A stretch of 64,000 nucleotides of DNA from Candidatus Deferrimicrobium sp. (GCF_036396855.1 NZ_DASWKA010000043.1:2762-66761); one strand, 5' to 3'. Positions 1-8,982 are shown, counted from the first letter of the stretch. Numbers and translations are program-made. Notes: a model not told the origin generated them from the sequence alone.

Positions 1-128
1 AAAAGCGGAAAAATCGCCTCGTCCAGATCGTGGAAGACGAACAGGTGCGTCGACAGGGATACGTTCAAGGAGTCCTTCCCGAGTGCAGCATCTCGCGAAT
101 GTCCCGATATGTACGAGTCGCTGCACAC
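1..128 (-). CDS. possible 5' end of an unidentified leftward gene cut by the window edge
   Basis: The minus-strand frame is open from GTG at 128..126 (preceded by in-frame TAG TGA) to position 1. Mostly G/C-ending codons, like neighbouring genes. Only about 42 codons are visible and no motif is recognised. Confidence 0.2.
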   Translation of the reverse strand, partial: MCSDSYISGHSRDAALGKDSLNVSLSTHLFVFHDLDEAIFPL

Positions 129-239
129 GCCTTCTGTTCCTGCTCACTACTTCGCGATGATATCATGACGGTCTGCCCATCCCGCATATCTCGCCAGGGT
201 TCTACTGCGGCGGCGGATAGGGGCAGTTGCCGCCTGGAG

Positions 240-2492
240 ATGCCATTGCCGAACCGAATTCGCTCCTTGTGGATGATCGCCTTCCTCGCCCTTTGTCCGC
301 ATTTCGCGGCCGCCTCCGCTTCCGCGCCGGGACACGACGCGGCGTTTCGGGAGGGGTGGTCCCTCCTGCAGAGGGAACGGTACGCGGAAGCCCGCGCGGT
401 ATTCGCGAAGATTCCTCCCGATGCGTACGATCTCGGTGATTACGTGGTGTTCTTCGGCGGGGAGTCCGCCGCGCGCGAAGGGAAGCGGACCGAGGCGGAA
501 GAGGCGTTGCGTCTTCTCGAGGAGACGTTCCCCGGATCCCCCCTGCTCCCGTATCTCCGGCACGACGTCGCCTACGTCGCCGCCCTCGACAACGACGTCG
601 CCGCGTCCCGCCAGGCGTTCGGACTCTCCCGCGGCAGGGTGAGCGGCAGCCGACGAAAGGCGGAGGAAGGGTATGTCGCCGCGTTCCTTGCCGAGGAGGG
701 GGTGCCCGCGGCGGAAGCGGCGGAGTTGCACCTGGAGAATTTCTCGACCTATACGGCACGGGAAGCGGGGATCCTCTCCTTCGAACGCCTTTGGAAGTGG
801 CGTGCCGACGGTCTCCTCGCCGGATGGGACCTGTCGCCGGGGTTCTACGCGAAGTTCGCCAAGGCGGCTGCCCGGGCCGGGGAAGCGGAACGGGCGAGAG
901 CGCTCTTCGAAGAGGCGATTTCCCGATTCACCGCTTCGGGGGAATATTTCTCCATGGTCCTCGACTTCGCCGAGTTTCACCGGAAACAGGGGGAGACCGC
1001 GGCGGCTGCCGCGCTGTTGGAAAAGCATCTGCCGGACGCCCCGCCGGCGTTCCGGTCGGAGGCCCGGTTTCTCCGCGCGCGGGTCGAATGGAAGGCGGGA
1101 CGACTCGCCGAGGCGCGCAAGGAGTTTCTCGATATCGCGGAGGGTGATGCGCTTCCGGGGACGGCGGACCGGGCGTGGTACCTCGCCGCGTGGATCGCCG
1201 AGGATGAGGGGGATCTCGCGGGGGCGACGGAATCGTACGAGCGTCTCAGGGGAGCCCGGGACGATTCGATCCGGCAGGAGGCGCGCTTCCGGTTCGCCTA
1301 CGGCCTCTACCGGATGGGCAGACACGACGAGGCGATCGCGGCGTTCGACGTCGGGGAAGCGGGGGGAGGGGGGACGGTGGAGCGCGCCCGGCATCGGTAC
1401 TGGAAGGCGCGGGCGCTTCGCGACGCCGGCCGGGAGGAGGAGGCGGCGCCGATCTTCTCGGACCTGGCCGGAGACGCGTTCGCCGGGATCTATGCGATCT
1501 TCGCGGTTTCGGACCGGCGAGCGGAGATGCTCCGGTTCCTCCACGCCTCCTCCAACGGCGAAACGAAGGCGTGCGGCGAGGAGCGTGAACGGCTCTGGGC
1601 GCGTATCCGGAAGGCGAACTGGGGACCGGCCGACGCCGAGAAGGTTCGGCGGGCGGAACGGCTGACCCTCCTCGGGGTGATCGACTATGCCGTCCTCGAG
1701 GCGTCGCTGGTCGACCGCACGGCGGCGCGGAAGGCGATCGGGATGGGAGACGGAGGGGCGCCGGGCCTCTTCCGGTACCTTGCCGGCGATCTCAGGGGGG
1801 GGATCTACGAGACGTCGAACGTCCCCCTCGACCCGATGAATCCCGGCCTCGTGGACAGGATCCAGTACCCTCTCGCCCCCGAGTTCCTCGCCGATTGCGA
1901 CCGCCGGCGTTCGGGGATCGATCCGCTTGTCCTCCTCGCCGTAATCCGCCAGGAGTCGCGTTTCCAGGCGGATGTCCTTTCCTCGGCGGGCGCCGTGGGC
2001 CTGATGCAGCTGATGCCGCGGACGGCCGCGGAGACGGCCCGGAAGGAGAAGATGGCGAAGCCGGGAAGGAAGGAGCTGCTGCGTCCCTCCGTGAACATCC
2101 GGCTCGGCGCGGCGTACCTGTCACGCCTGGTGAATGGGTTCGGGGGGGACTATTTCCGGGCGATTGCGGCGTACAACGCGGGAGAGGCGGCGGTGAAACG
2201 GTGGTGGACACAGGCGAACGGCGATCCGGCGGCGTTCCTCGAAGGGATCAATTACAAGGAGACTCGCTTCTACCTGCGGAGGGTCTTCCTCAACCTTCTC
2301 CAATATTACCGGATCTACCGTCCGGAGATGTTCGCCCGGTACTTTCCCAGGCCTCCCGCAGAAGCGAGGAGAGAAGGCGATGCCGAGCCGCTCCCACCGC
2401 CCGGGGCGCCGGTCGACAACGTTCCTTCGACGCCGCCCGCGCCCGAAGCCGCCCCGACCGAACCGCCGCCGCCAGCCCTCGACGGAATGTAG
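240..2492 (+). CDS. slt: secreted soluble lytic murein transglycosylase (Slt70-like)
   Basis: ORF 30..2492. The ATG at 240 gives a signal-like N-terminus, MPLPNRIRSLWMIAFLALCPHFAAASA. C-terminal SLT-domain motifs are IRQESRF (Glu-Ser), GLMQLMP and AYNAGEAAV. There is a long helical-repeat N-domain and a Pro-rich C-terminal tail. Confidence 0.88.
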   Translation: MPLPNRIRSLWMIAFLALCPHFAAASASAPGHDAAFREGWSLLQRERYAEARAVFAKIPPDAYDLGDYVVFFGGESAAREGKRTEAEEALRLLEETFPGSPLLPYLRHDVAYVAALDNDVAASRQAFGLSRGRVSGSRRKAEEGYVAAFLAEEGVPAAEAAELHLENFSTYTAREAGILSFERLWKWRADGLLAGWDLSPGFYAKFAKAAARAGEAERARALFEEAISRFTASGEYFSMVLDFAEFHRKQGETAAAAALLEKHLPDAPPAFRSEARFLRARVEWKAGRLAEARKEFLDIAEGDALPGTADRAWYLAAWIAEDEGDLAGATESYERLRGARDDSIRQEARFRFAYGLYRMGRHDEAIAAFDVGEAGGGGTVERARHRYWKARALRDAGREEEAAPIFSDLAGDAFAGIYAIFAVSDRRAEMLRFLHASSNGETKACGEERERLWARIRKANWGPADAEKVRRAERLTLLGVIDYAVLEASLVDRTAARKAIGMGDGGAPGLFRYLAGDLRGGIYETSNVPLDPMNPGLVDRIQYPLAPEFLADCDRRRSGIDPLVLLAVIRQESRFQADVLSSAGAVGLMQLMPRTAAETARKEKMAKPGRKELLRPSVNIRLGAAYLSRLVNGFGGDYFRAIAAYNAGEAAVKRWWTQANGDPAAFLEGINYKETRFYLRRVFLNLLQYYRIYRPEMFARYFPRPPAEARREGDAEPLPPPGAPVDNVPSTPPAPEAAPTEPPPPALDGM

Positions 2493-2493
2493 G
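2281..2493. repeat. direct repeat copy A (3' end of slt)
   Basis: Aligns with 3285..3500. By my hand count, 163 of the first 190 aligned positions are identical, with one 3-nt indel near the end. Confidence 0.85.
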
Positions 2494-2504
2494 ACAATCG
2501 CGGG

Positions 2505-3197
2505 TTACCTCATCTTCGCGTGTCCGTGCGGAACGGGAGAGATGAAAAAAGAGAGGAAGTAGGCCCAGCCGGTCGTAAGGGAGGGCGCGAGGAGACAAGA
2601 GAGCCGGCGGGTCTTCCTCCAGTAAGGCTTGTTCCCCCTCCGTGCCCATTGCTCCTCCATACGCCGGAGCCGCTCGAGCGCCTCCCGCCTTTTTCCGGTT
2701 CTCCACAGAAGCCGGACCAGCGAGACCTGCGCCCGGAAATCGTCCGGGGCAAGGCCAAGGATCTTTTCCTCGACCGCCAGGGCCTCTTTGAGAAACCTCT
2801 TGCCGCGGAATGCCTTGCGAGCCCGATCGAGGACGTTCCGCGCCTCGACCGCGTGGTTCATCCCCAGGTATAGATCCGCAAGATTCAGGTTCGTGGCAAG
2901 GTCGCGGTGGTCGACTTTCAGGGCCAGCCGGAGCGTCGCGATCGCTTTTTCGGTGAAGCCCCGCTTCTCGTACCAGGCGATGACCTGACGGAGCGACGTC
3001 TTCGCCTGGTCCTTGCGGCCTACGCGGATGTAGACCGGGGCGATCCTTATGTGGACGTCGATATCCTGAGGATCCGCGGACAGGATCTTTTCGTACTCGC
3101 GGATGGCCTTCCGGATCCTGCGCTGCGAGCGGTACTTCTCCGCCTTGCGGAGAATCTCGCCGCGGTCATAGGAGGCGGTGGCGCCGGGGAGCTTCAT
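2505..3197 (-). CDS. TPR-repeat protein
   Basis: 230-aa ORF with recurring TPR-like helices (AIREYEKILSADPQD, AIATLRLALKVDHRD, ALAVEEKILGLAPDD) and a hydrophobic C-terminus. No catalytic motif. Confidence 0.7.
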   Translation of the reverse strand: MKLPGATASYDRGEILRKAEKYRSQRRIRKAIREYEKILSADPQDIDVHIRIAPVYIRVGRKDQAKTSLRQVIAWYEKRGFTEKAIATLRLALKVDHRDLATNLNLADLYLGMNHAVEARNVLDRARKAFRGKRFLKEALAVEEKILGLAPDDFRAQVSLVRLLWRTGKRREALERLRRMEEQWARRGNKPYWRKTRRLSCLLAPSLTTGWAYFLSFFISPVPHGHAKMR

Positions 3198-3284
3198 TGC
3201 GCAGGTTTCCCGTGATCGTTATAGGGTCTGGTAGCCTTATCGGCAGGAGAAGGCTCCCGGTTCAGGGGAAAGTCCGGTTCTTGA

Positions 3285-3500
3285 GGGTCTTCCTCATCCT
3301 TCTCCGATATTACCGGATCTATCGTCCGGAGACGTTCGCCCGGTACGATCCCAAGCCTCCCGCAGGAGGGAAGAAAGCAGCCGATGCCGTGCCGCTCCCA
3401 CCGACAGCGGAGCCGGCCGGCAACGTTCTTTCGACGACGCCCACGCCCGAAGACGTCCCGAGCGAACCGCCGACGCCGCCACCGTCCGCCGGAATGCAGG
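3285..3500. repeat. direct repeat copy B (degenerate copy of the slt 3' end, overlapping the nagZ 3' end)
   Basis: The plus strand still reads LLRYYRIYRPETFARY...PPTPPP, paralogous to the Slt tail. The minus strand encodes the last ~65 aa of the NagZ ORF. Confidence 0.85.
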
Positions 3501-4430
3501 CCGGTCCAGGGCCTCCCTGGCCAGCCGGTCGATCGTCTCCGCCTGGTCTTCCTCCCCCCGGCACACGAGCACGACATCGCACCCGGCGGTTACGGCGAGG
3601 ACCGCCGCCTCCCCGATGCCGTAACGATCCGCGATCGCCTTCATCTCCAATGCATCGGAGATGATCGTTCCCCGGAAACGCATCCGTTCCCGCAGCAGGT
3701 CGTGCAGGATCTTCCGTGACAGTGTGGCCGGCAGAGCGCGGTCGAGCGCCGTGTACATCACGTGCGCGGTCATGAGCGCCGGGATCGCCGAGCGCGCGGC
3801 GAGGCGGAAGGGGAGCAGTTCGCGCCGAAGGAGCGTCTGCCTTCCCGCCTGGATGACCGGCAGCTCTTCATGGGAGTCGGCGGACGTGTCGCCGTGCCCC
3901 GGGAAATGTTTTCCGACCGGCAGGATCCCCCGGGAGAGAGATCCCCTCGCGAAAGCGATTCCGAGAGCGGCCGCTACGGCCGGGTCATCGGAAAAGGCGC
4001 GGTCGCCGATCACCGGGTTTGCCGGGTTGCTGTCCACGTCGAGGACCGGCGCGAAGTTCATGTCGATCCCCACCGCCCGCAGCTCGGCGGCGGTCGCCGC
4101 GCCCACGCCCTCCGCCATGGCTTCGTTCCGGCAACAGAAGAGGGAGCAGGCGCGGGCCGGCGGAAACCAGGTGAACGGGGGTTCCTTGAACCGCGCCACG
4201 CGGCCTCCCTCCTGGTCGACGGCGATCAGCGGGAGGGGATTCCCCCGGCCGGCGGCGGATCGGATTTCGCGGCAAAGGGAGCGTACCTGGGCGGGGCTCT
4301 CGATGTTGCGGGCGTAGAGGACGACGCCGCCGACCTGCCCGCCGGCGAGCCATCGCAACGGCGAAGCAGGAAGCGACTTCCCGTCGAAGCCGACCCAGAG
4401 GGGGGAGGCGATGGTGTCTCCGTGCTTCAT
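3294..4430 (-). CDS. nagZ: beta-N-acetylhexosaminidase, glycoside hydrolase family 3
   Basis: Motifs IAVDQEGGRV and KHFPGHGDTSADSHEELP. The ATG at 4430 overlaps the stop of the upstream permease (ATGA). The C-terminal ~65 aa lie in repeat copy B and may be an extension. Confidence 0.88.
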   Translation of the reverse strand: MKHGDTIASPLWVGFDGKSLPASPLRWLAGGQVGGVVLYARNIESPAQVRSLCREIRSAAGRGNPLPLIAVDQEGGRVARFKEPPFTWFPPARACSLFCCRNEAMAEGVGAATAAELRAVGIDMNFAPVLDVDSNPANPVIGDRAFSDDPAVAAALGIAFARGSLSRGILPVGKHFPGHGDTSADSHEELPVIQAGRQTLLRRELLPFRLAARSAIPALMTAHVMYTALDRALPATLSRKILHDLLRERMRFRGTIISDALEMKAIADRYGIGEAAVLAVTAGCDVVLVCRGEEDQAETIDRLAREALDRPAFRRTVAASAVRSGRLRAWASSKERCRPAPLSVGAARHRLLSSLLREAWDRTGRTSPDDRSGNIGEG

Positions 4431-5290
4431 CGTCCGGAGAGTTTAGCATGTGCCTTGGGGTCCAGGGCGTCCCGCAATCCGTCCCCCAGGAAGTTGAACG
4501 CCATCACCGTGAGGAGGATCGCCGCCCCGGGGGCGGTCACAAGGTGCGGCGCGATGAAAAGGAAGTGTCTGCCCTCGCCGATCATCGATCCCCACGACGC
4601 CGCCGGCGGCGCGACGCCCAGCCCCAGGAAGGAGAGTCCCGCCTCCGCGACGATGGCGCGGGCGATCCCGAAGGTCGCCTCCACGAGGATCGGGGAGATC
4701 GCGTTGGGGAGGATGTGGCGCAGGAGCAGGCGCGCCGGGGAGCCGCCCACGGCCCGGGCCGATTCGACGAACTCCCTCGCTTTTACGGAGAAGACCTGCG
4801 CGCGGATCACCCGGGCGTACCCCACCCAACCGAGGACCGAAAGCGCGAACAGGACGTTTCCGAAGGAGGGACCGCGCACGGCGGCGATCCCGATGGCGAG
4901 CAGGATCCCCGGAAACGCCAACAGGACGTCGCAGGCGCCGGTGAAGATCCGGTCGACGGCGCCGCCGAGGAAGCCGGCAAGCGAACCGGCGGCCAGGCCG
5001 ATGAGGAGCGAGATGCCGACCGTCCCCAATCCGACGGCGAGGGAGAGGCGTGCCCCGTGGATCACCCGGGAAAGAACGTCGCGTCCGAACTTGTCCTGCC
5101 CCAGCCAGTGGGAGGAGGATGGACCCGACAGCCCCTCGTCGAGCGTTTGTGCAAGCGGGTTGCCCGGAGCGATCACCGGCGCGAAGACGGCGGCGAGGAG
5201 GAACAGGGCAAGGAGAACCATCCCGACGGCGGCGCCCCGGTGCCGGCTCGTTCGGCGGATCAGGCCGAGGAGGCCGGATTCCTCATTCAT
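4427..5290 (-). CDS. peptide/nickel ABC transporter permease (DppC/OppC-like)
   Basis: 287 aa and multi-TM, with the typical N-terminal pattern (..AAVGMVLLALFLLAAVFAPVIAPGNP..LSGPSSSHWLGQDKFGRDVLSRV). Overlaps the upstream permease by 8 nt. Confidence 0.85.
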   Translation of the reverse strand: MNEESGLLGLIRRTSRHRGAAVGMVLLALFLLAAVFAPVIAPGNPLAQTLDEGLSGPSSSHWLGQDKFGRDVLSRVIHGARLSLAVGLGTVGISLLIGLAAGSLAGFLGGAVDRIFTGACDVLLAFPGILLAIGIAAVRGPSFGNVLFALSVLGWVGYARVIRAQVFSVKAREFVESARAVGGSPARLLLRHILPNAISPILVEATFGIARAIVAEAGLSFLGLGVAPPAASWGSMIGEGRHFLFIAPHLVTAPGAAILLTVMAFNFLGDGLRDALDPKAHAKLSGR

Positions 5291-6203
5291 AGCGGATCCT
5301 CGGGTCGAGACGGGCGCACAGAATGTCCGTCGCCAGGTTCACCGCCACGGTGGACAGGGCGATGACGAGGACACACCCCTGGACGAGGGGGTAGTCCCTC
5401 GCATCGATCGCCTGGATCAGCAGGCGGCCGATCCCGGGCCACGAGAAGATCGTTTCGGTGATGACGCTCCCGGCGAGGACCGCACCGAACGACAGCCCCA
5501 GCACCGTGACGACGGGGACGAGGGCGTTGCGCAGCGCGTGGCGGACGACGGCGGACCGGAACGGAAGGCCCCTCGCGATCGCGGCCGTCACGTACTCCTT
5601 CCGGAGTTCCTCCAGCAGCGTCGCGCGGATCATCCGCGTCAGCAGCGCCGCCATCCCCGTCCCGAGCGTGATCGCGGGCAGCACCAGCGGACGGCCCGCG
5701 CCGTACCCCGACACGGGGAGAAGCCCAAGCTGCACGGAGAAGAGGAGCACGAGCAACGGACCGAGGAGGAAGTTCGGGATGGACAGGGAGAGCATCGCCG
5801 CGAAGCCCGACAGGTAGTCCGCGGCCTTCCCGCGCCGCATCGCCGCCAGCACCCCGAGCGGCAGGGCGACGAAGACCGCCACGGTGATGGACGTCGCGGC
5901 GAGAAGGACGGTGGCGGGAATCCGGCGGGCGATCTCGCCGAGGACCGGCTCCCGGCTGCGGAACGACACCCCGAGGTCTCCGCGCGGGATCCCCGCGAGG
6001 AACGAGGCGTACTGCGAAAGGATCGGCCGGTCGAGATGGAGCTCCCGGCGCAGTTCCTCCTTCTGCGCGGGGACGGCGCTTTCCCCCAGCATGATCTCGA
6101 CGGGATCCCCCGGAAGCAGGTGGATCAGCAGGAAGACGACGGTCACCACCCCGAATACCACGGGGAGGGTTCGCAGGAGGCGGCCGAGGAGGTATCTCCT
6201 CAC
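5283..6203 (-). CDS. peptide/nickel ABC transporter permease (DppB/OppB-like)
   Basis: ORF 5283..6605 trimmed to the GTG at 6203 (VRRYLLGRLLRTLPVVFGVVTVVFLLIHLLPGDPV, the classic DppB N-terminus). The GTGA overlaps the binding-protein stop. Confidence 0.85.
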   Translation of the reverse strand: MRRYLLGRLLRTLPVVFGVVTVVFLLIHLLPGDPVEIMLGESAVPAQKEELRRELHLDRPILSQYASFLAGIPRGDLGVSFRSREPVLGEIARRIPATVLLAATSITVAVFVALPLGVLAAMRRGKAADYLSGFAAMLSLSIPNFLLGPLLVLLFSVQLGLLPVSGYGAGRPLVLPAITLGTGMAALLTRMIRATLLEELRKEYVTAAIARGLPFRSAVVRHALRNALVPVVTVLGLSFGAVLAGSVITETIFSWPGIGRLLIQAIDARDYPLVQGCVLVIALSTVAVNLATDILCARLDPRIRYE

Positions 6204-8284
6204 CGCGGTCCTCCTGTCGAAGGAGCCACCGGATCCGGGACGATCCGCATCGCGCGTACGGGCGCGTAGCTTTCGTCCGGGGTGAGCCGGAAACCCGTCA
6301 GCCTGCGGTCCCGGACCAGCAGGTTCCGGCCCGCCCACATCGGGAACACCGGCAGGTCGCGCGCGAGGATACGCTGCACCCGCCGGTACATCGCCCGGCG
6401 TTTTTCCCTGGACGGCTCGAGCCTCGCAGACTCCGTCAGGCGATCCACCTCGACGTCGGAGTACCCCCCGCGGTTCGCGCCGTCGGGGGGACCGCTCCGT
6501 GAATGGAAGGCGTGGTGGAAGATGTCGGGGTCCGAGATCCCGACCCAGGTGAGACTGTAAATCTGGAAATTTCCCTTCTTGATGTCGGAGAAGAAGGTTC
6601 CCCACTCAAGGGATTGGATTTCAACGGCAATTCCTACCTGGCGGAGTTGCTCCTGGATCACGGTGGCGACGCGCCTGCGGACCTCGTTCTGCGACGTCTT
6701 GTACGTCAACCGGAGGCGGGGGAGAGGGCCGTCGCCGTCGGGGTCGGGGAACCCGGCGTCGTCGAGGAGCCGCCCTGCCCGCGCCGGATCGTACGGCGCC
6801 GCGGGAAGATCCGGATCGTGCGCCCATGACCCGGGGGGGAGGATCGAGGAGACGAGGTCGGCGCGCCCTTTCCAGATCGTCCGGACGATCGTCTCCCGGT
6901 CGATCGCGAGGGCGATCGCGCGCCGCACCCTTGCGTCGGACAGCGCCCGATCCCGGAGATGGAAGCCGAGATACGTGACGTTCCCCCCCGGGCCTTCCTC
7001 GACGACGAGCCGTCCGGACAGCGAAGCCGCCGGGAGCAGGTCGGGGTCGACCCCGTTGAGGGTGAAGTTCACGCTCCCCATCTTCAGCTCGAGGAAGCGC
7101 ACGTTGCTGTCGGGGACGAACTTGACCGTCACCGACCGGATCGGTGGCGAACCGCCGTAATACCCGTCGAATGCCGACAGGACCGCCTCGCCGTCGGGGG
7201 AGAGGTCGTCGATCCTGTAGGGGCCCGCTCCCACGGGCGGCGCGTAGCCGCGCGCCGGACTTTCGGCGGGAACGATCCCGCGCACCATCGTGGAGAGGAA
7301 CGGTGCGAACGGCTCGGAGAGGCGGAATACGACGGTCCGCGCGTCGGGGGTCCCGATCGCGGCCACGTGCCGATACAGCCCCCGGTGAGGGGACCGGTTC
7401 GCGGCGTCGAGGATCCACGCGAAGGTGTACCGCACGTCGGCGGAGGTGAGCGGGCGCCCGTCGTGGAACCGCAATCCCGGCCGAAGGTGGAATCTATACG
7501 TCAGGGGATCGGGCGATTCCCACCGTTGCGCGAGATCGGGGAGGGGTTCGCCGGCGGCGTCGCGGCTGACGAGGGAGGCGTGCGTCATCTGGAGGATCTG
7601 CTCGCCGTAGGCGTCGGTCGCCACCCGCGGGTCGACGTTCACGGGCGCCCCCGGCAGCGCGATCACCATCCGCCCCTCTTCGATCGGCAGCTTCTGCGCG
7701 CAACCCAACCCCGCAAGCAGTCCGATCGGGAGGAGAAACCAGGGGAGAAGGCGGTGCCGGACGATTTCCTCCAACGCCGCTTCCTCGATCCGGATCCGCT
7801 GCCGAAGGACGGCGAGGTTGGCGAGGGAGAAGAGGACGAGGGTCACGGGCGCGCGCATCAGGAGCGGGAGCAGCAGGAACTCCAGCACGATGACGAGGTA
7901 GTTCGGGTGGCGGAGGGACCGGTACGGGCCGGCCCGCACGAGGCGCGTGCCCGGGACGACCACGACCCGCGTGTTCCAGTACATCCCGAGCGAAGCGATC
8001 GCCCAGTACCGCAATGCGGTCACCACGGCCAGGGCGGCCAGGCATGTCCACGTTCGGATGTCCTCCGGGACTCGCCACGGGTAGGACTCCAGCGAAAGGG
8101 AGGCGAGGAAGAGAACGTGGAGGGACACCATCACTTTGTACGTATCGGGACGGACCTCCCTGCCGCCTCGCGAGAGCAGCCGCAGCCGGTTTCTCCGGCA
8201 CAGCCAAAGCTCCGACAGGCGCTGTGCGGCAACGACCGGCGCCACCCAAGCGAGGGAGATCATCCTTCCAGGACTCCTTTCCAT
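6200..8284 (-). CDS. single ORF: ICMT/PEMT-family membrane methyltransferase-like N-domain (aa ~1-170) fused in frame to a family-5 ABC substrate-binding lipoprotein (aa ~171-694)
   Basis: The N-part has multi-TM segments, RHPNYL and RIRIEEAAL motifs. No stop follows. A TTG at 7774 then gives LEEIVRHRLLPWFLLPIGLLAGLGC (signal peptide plus lipobox-like LGC), followed by a peptide-binding-protein fold. An alternative model is an SBP alone at 6200..7774. Confidence 0.7.
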   Translation of the reverse strand: MERSPGRMISLAWVAPVVAAQRLSELWLCRRNRLRLLSRGGREVRPDTYKVMVSLHVLFLASLSLESYPWRVPEDIRTWTCLAALAVVTALRYWAIASLGMYWNTRVVVVPGTRLVRAGPYRSLRHPNYLVIVLEFLLLPLLMRAPVTLVLFSLANLAVLRQRIRIEEAALEEIVRHRLLPWFLLPIGLLAGLGCAQKLPIEEGRMVIALPGAPVNVDPRVATDAYGEQILQMTHASLVSRDAAGEPLPDLAQRWESPDPLTYRFHLRPGLRFHDGRPLTSADVRYTFAWILDAANRSPHRGLYRHVAAIGTPDARTVVFRLSEPFAPFLSTMVRGIVPAESPARGYAPPVGAGPYRIDDLSPDGEAVLSAFDGYYGGSPPIRSVTVKFVPDSNVRFLELKMGSVNFTLNGVDPDLLPAASLSGRLVVEEGPGGNVTYLGFHLRDRALSDARVRRAIALAIDRETIVRTIWKGRADLVSSILPPGSWAHDPDLPAAPYDPARAGRLLDDAGFPDPDGDGPLPRLRLTYKTSQNEVRRRVATVIQEQLRQVGIAVEIQSLEWGTFFSDIKKGNFQIYSLTWVGISDPDIFHHAFHSRSGPPDGANRGGYSDVEVDRLTESARLEPSREKRRAMYRRVQRILARDLPVFPMWAGRNLLVRDRRLTGFRLTPDESYAPVRAMRIVPDPVAPSTGGPR

Positions 8285-8328
8285 GATTTCCGCACAATCA
8301 ATATATAATGGAGAAGGGGTGCCCCGGG
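8285..8328. promoter_or_regulatory. divergent intergenic region with an AT-rich patch (CAATCAATATATAAT)
   Basis: This is the only AT-rich stretch between the divergent 8284(-) and 8308/8329(+) genes. No consensus boxes could be assigned with confidence. Confidence 0.25.
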
Positions 8329-8949
8329 ATGAACATACGCGCAGTGCTGCTGCTGGCGACGCTGGCGGCGGTTTTTTCTCCTTCCTCCGCCGGGGAAGCG
8401 AAGGCGGATCCCCCCGCGTCGGCGACGATCCGGGGAGGATGCGACGTCGCTTTCCTCATCAGGTCCACCTTGCACGACATTCCCGGCTCCGCCCGTTGCC
8501 TGCCCTTTGCAGCGGTCCTTGCCCGCGACGCCGCCGGCAGGCAGGTCGTCCCGTCCGTGGAAGTGGAAGTGCCGGTGGAGGGGATGGACACGCGGAACCG
8601 GTCCCGCGACGGCCAGATGCGGGAGATGTTCCGGTCGGAGCGGTTTCCGCGAATCCACGCGGCGGCGCATAATGTGGATGTCGAACGGCTCCGGGCGGAA
8701 ACCGGAAACGGCCGCAAGGGGATCGCCTCCATCGACCTGCTCCTTCGGATTCGGGACAGGGAACGAAAGGTGCGCGCCACGGCGAGCAACCTGAAGGAGG
8801 CCGGCGAACAGGTCACCTTCGACATCGAGTTCCCCGTGTCGCTCGGGGAATTCGATCTGAAAGCCCCCTCCGTTCTCGGATTCATCCGTGTCGGGGACAA
8901 GGTCACCGTCAAGGCAAACTTCACCCTGACCGTTTCCCGATCTCCTTGA
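8308..8949 (+). CDS. secreted YceI-like (polyisoprenoid/lipid-binding) domain protein
   Basis: Signal peptide MNIRAVLLLATLAAVFSPSSAGEA (alternative start 8329, preceded by GAAGGGG). The YceI-like pattern is VEVPVEGMDTRNRSRDGQMREMFRSERFPRI, followed by beta-rich repeats. Confidence 0.6.
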   Translation: MEKGCPGMNIRAVLLLATLAAVFSPSSAGEAKADPPASATIRGGCDVAFLIRSTLHDIPGSARCLPFAAVLARDAAGRQVVPSVEVEVPVEGMDTRNRSRDGQMREMFRSERFPRIHAAAHNVDVERLRAETGNGRKGIASIDLLLRIRDRERKVRATASNLKEAGEQVTFDIEFPVSLGEFDLKAPSVLGFIRVGDKVTVKANFTLTVSRSP

Positions 8950-8982
8950 GGCGCATCCTATTGTAAGGGACGGAGGCACCCG

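Noticed and set aside
147-1544. Long antisense and alternate-frame ORFs throughout the window. Examples: 147..1544(-), 3762..6269(+), 9750..11246(-), 12913..14877(-), 15043..16746(-), 24073..26481(+), 49349..51442(-), 58068..61073(-), 61950..63668(-).
   Set aside because: They overlap genes with clear catalytic motifs in another frame. Their translations are Arg/Pro/Gly-rich low-complexity strings with no motifs. Stop-codon-poor off-frames are expected in high-GC DNA.
2281-3500. The direct repeats flanking the TPR gene as a mobile element or insertion sequence.
   Set aside because: There is no transposase, integrase or terminal inverted repeat. The repeat is a duplicated coding 3' end, and the enclosed gene is an ordinary TPR protein.
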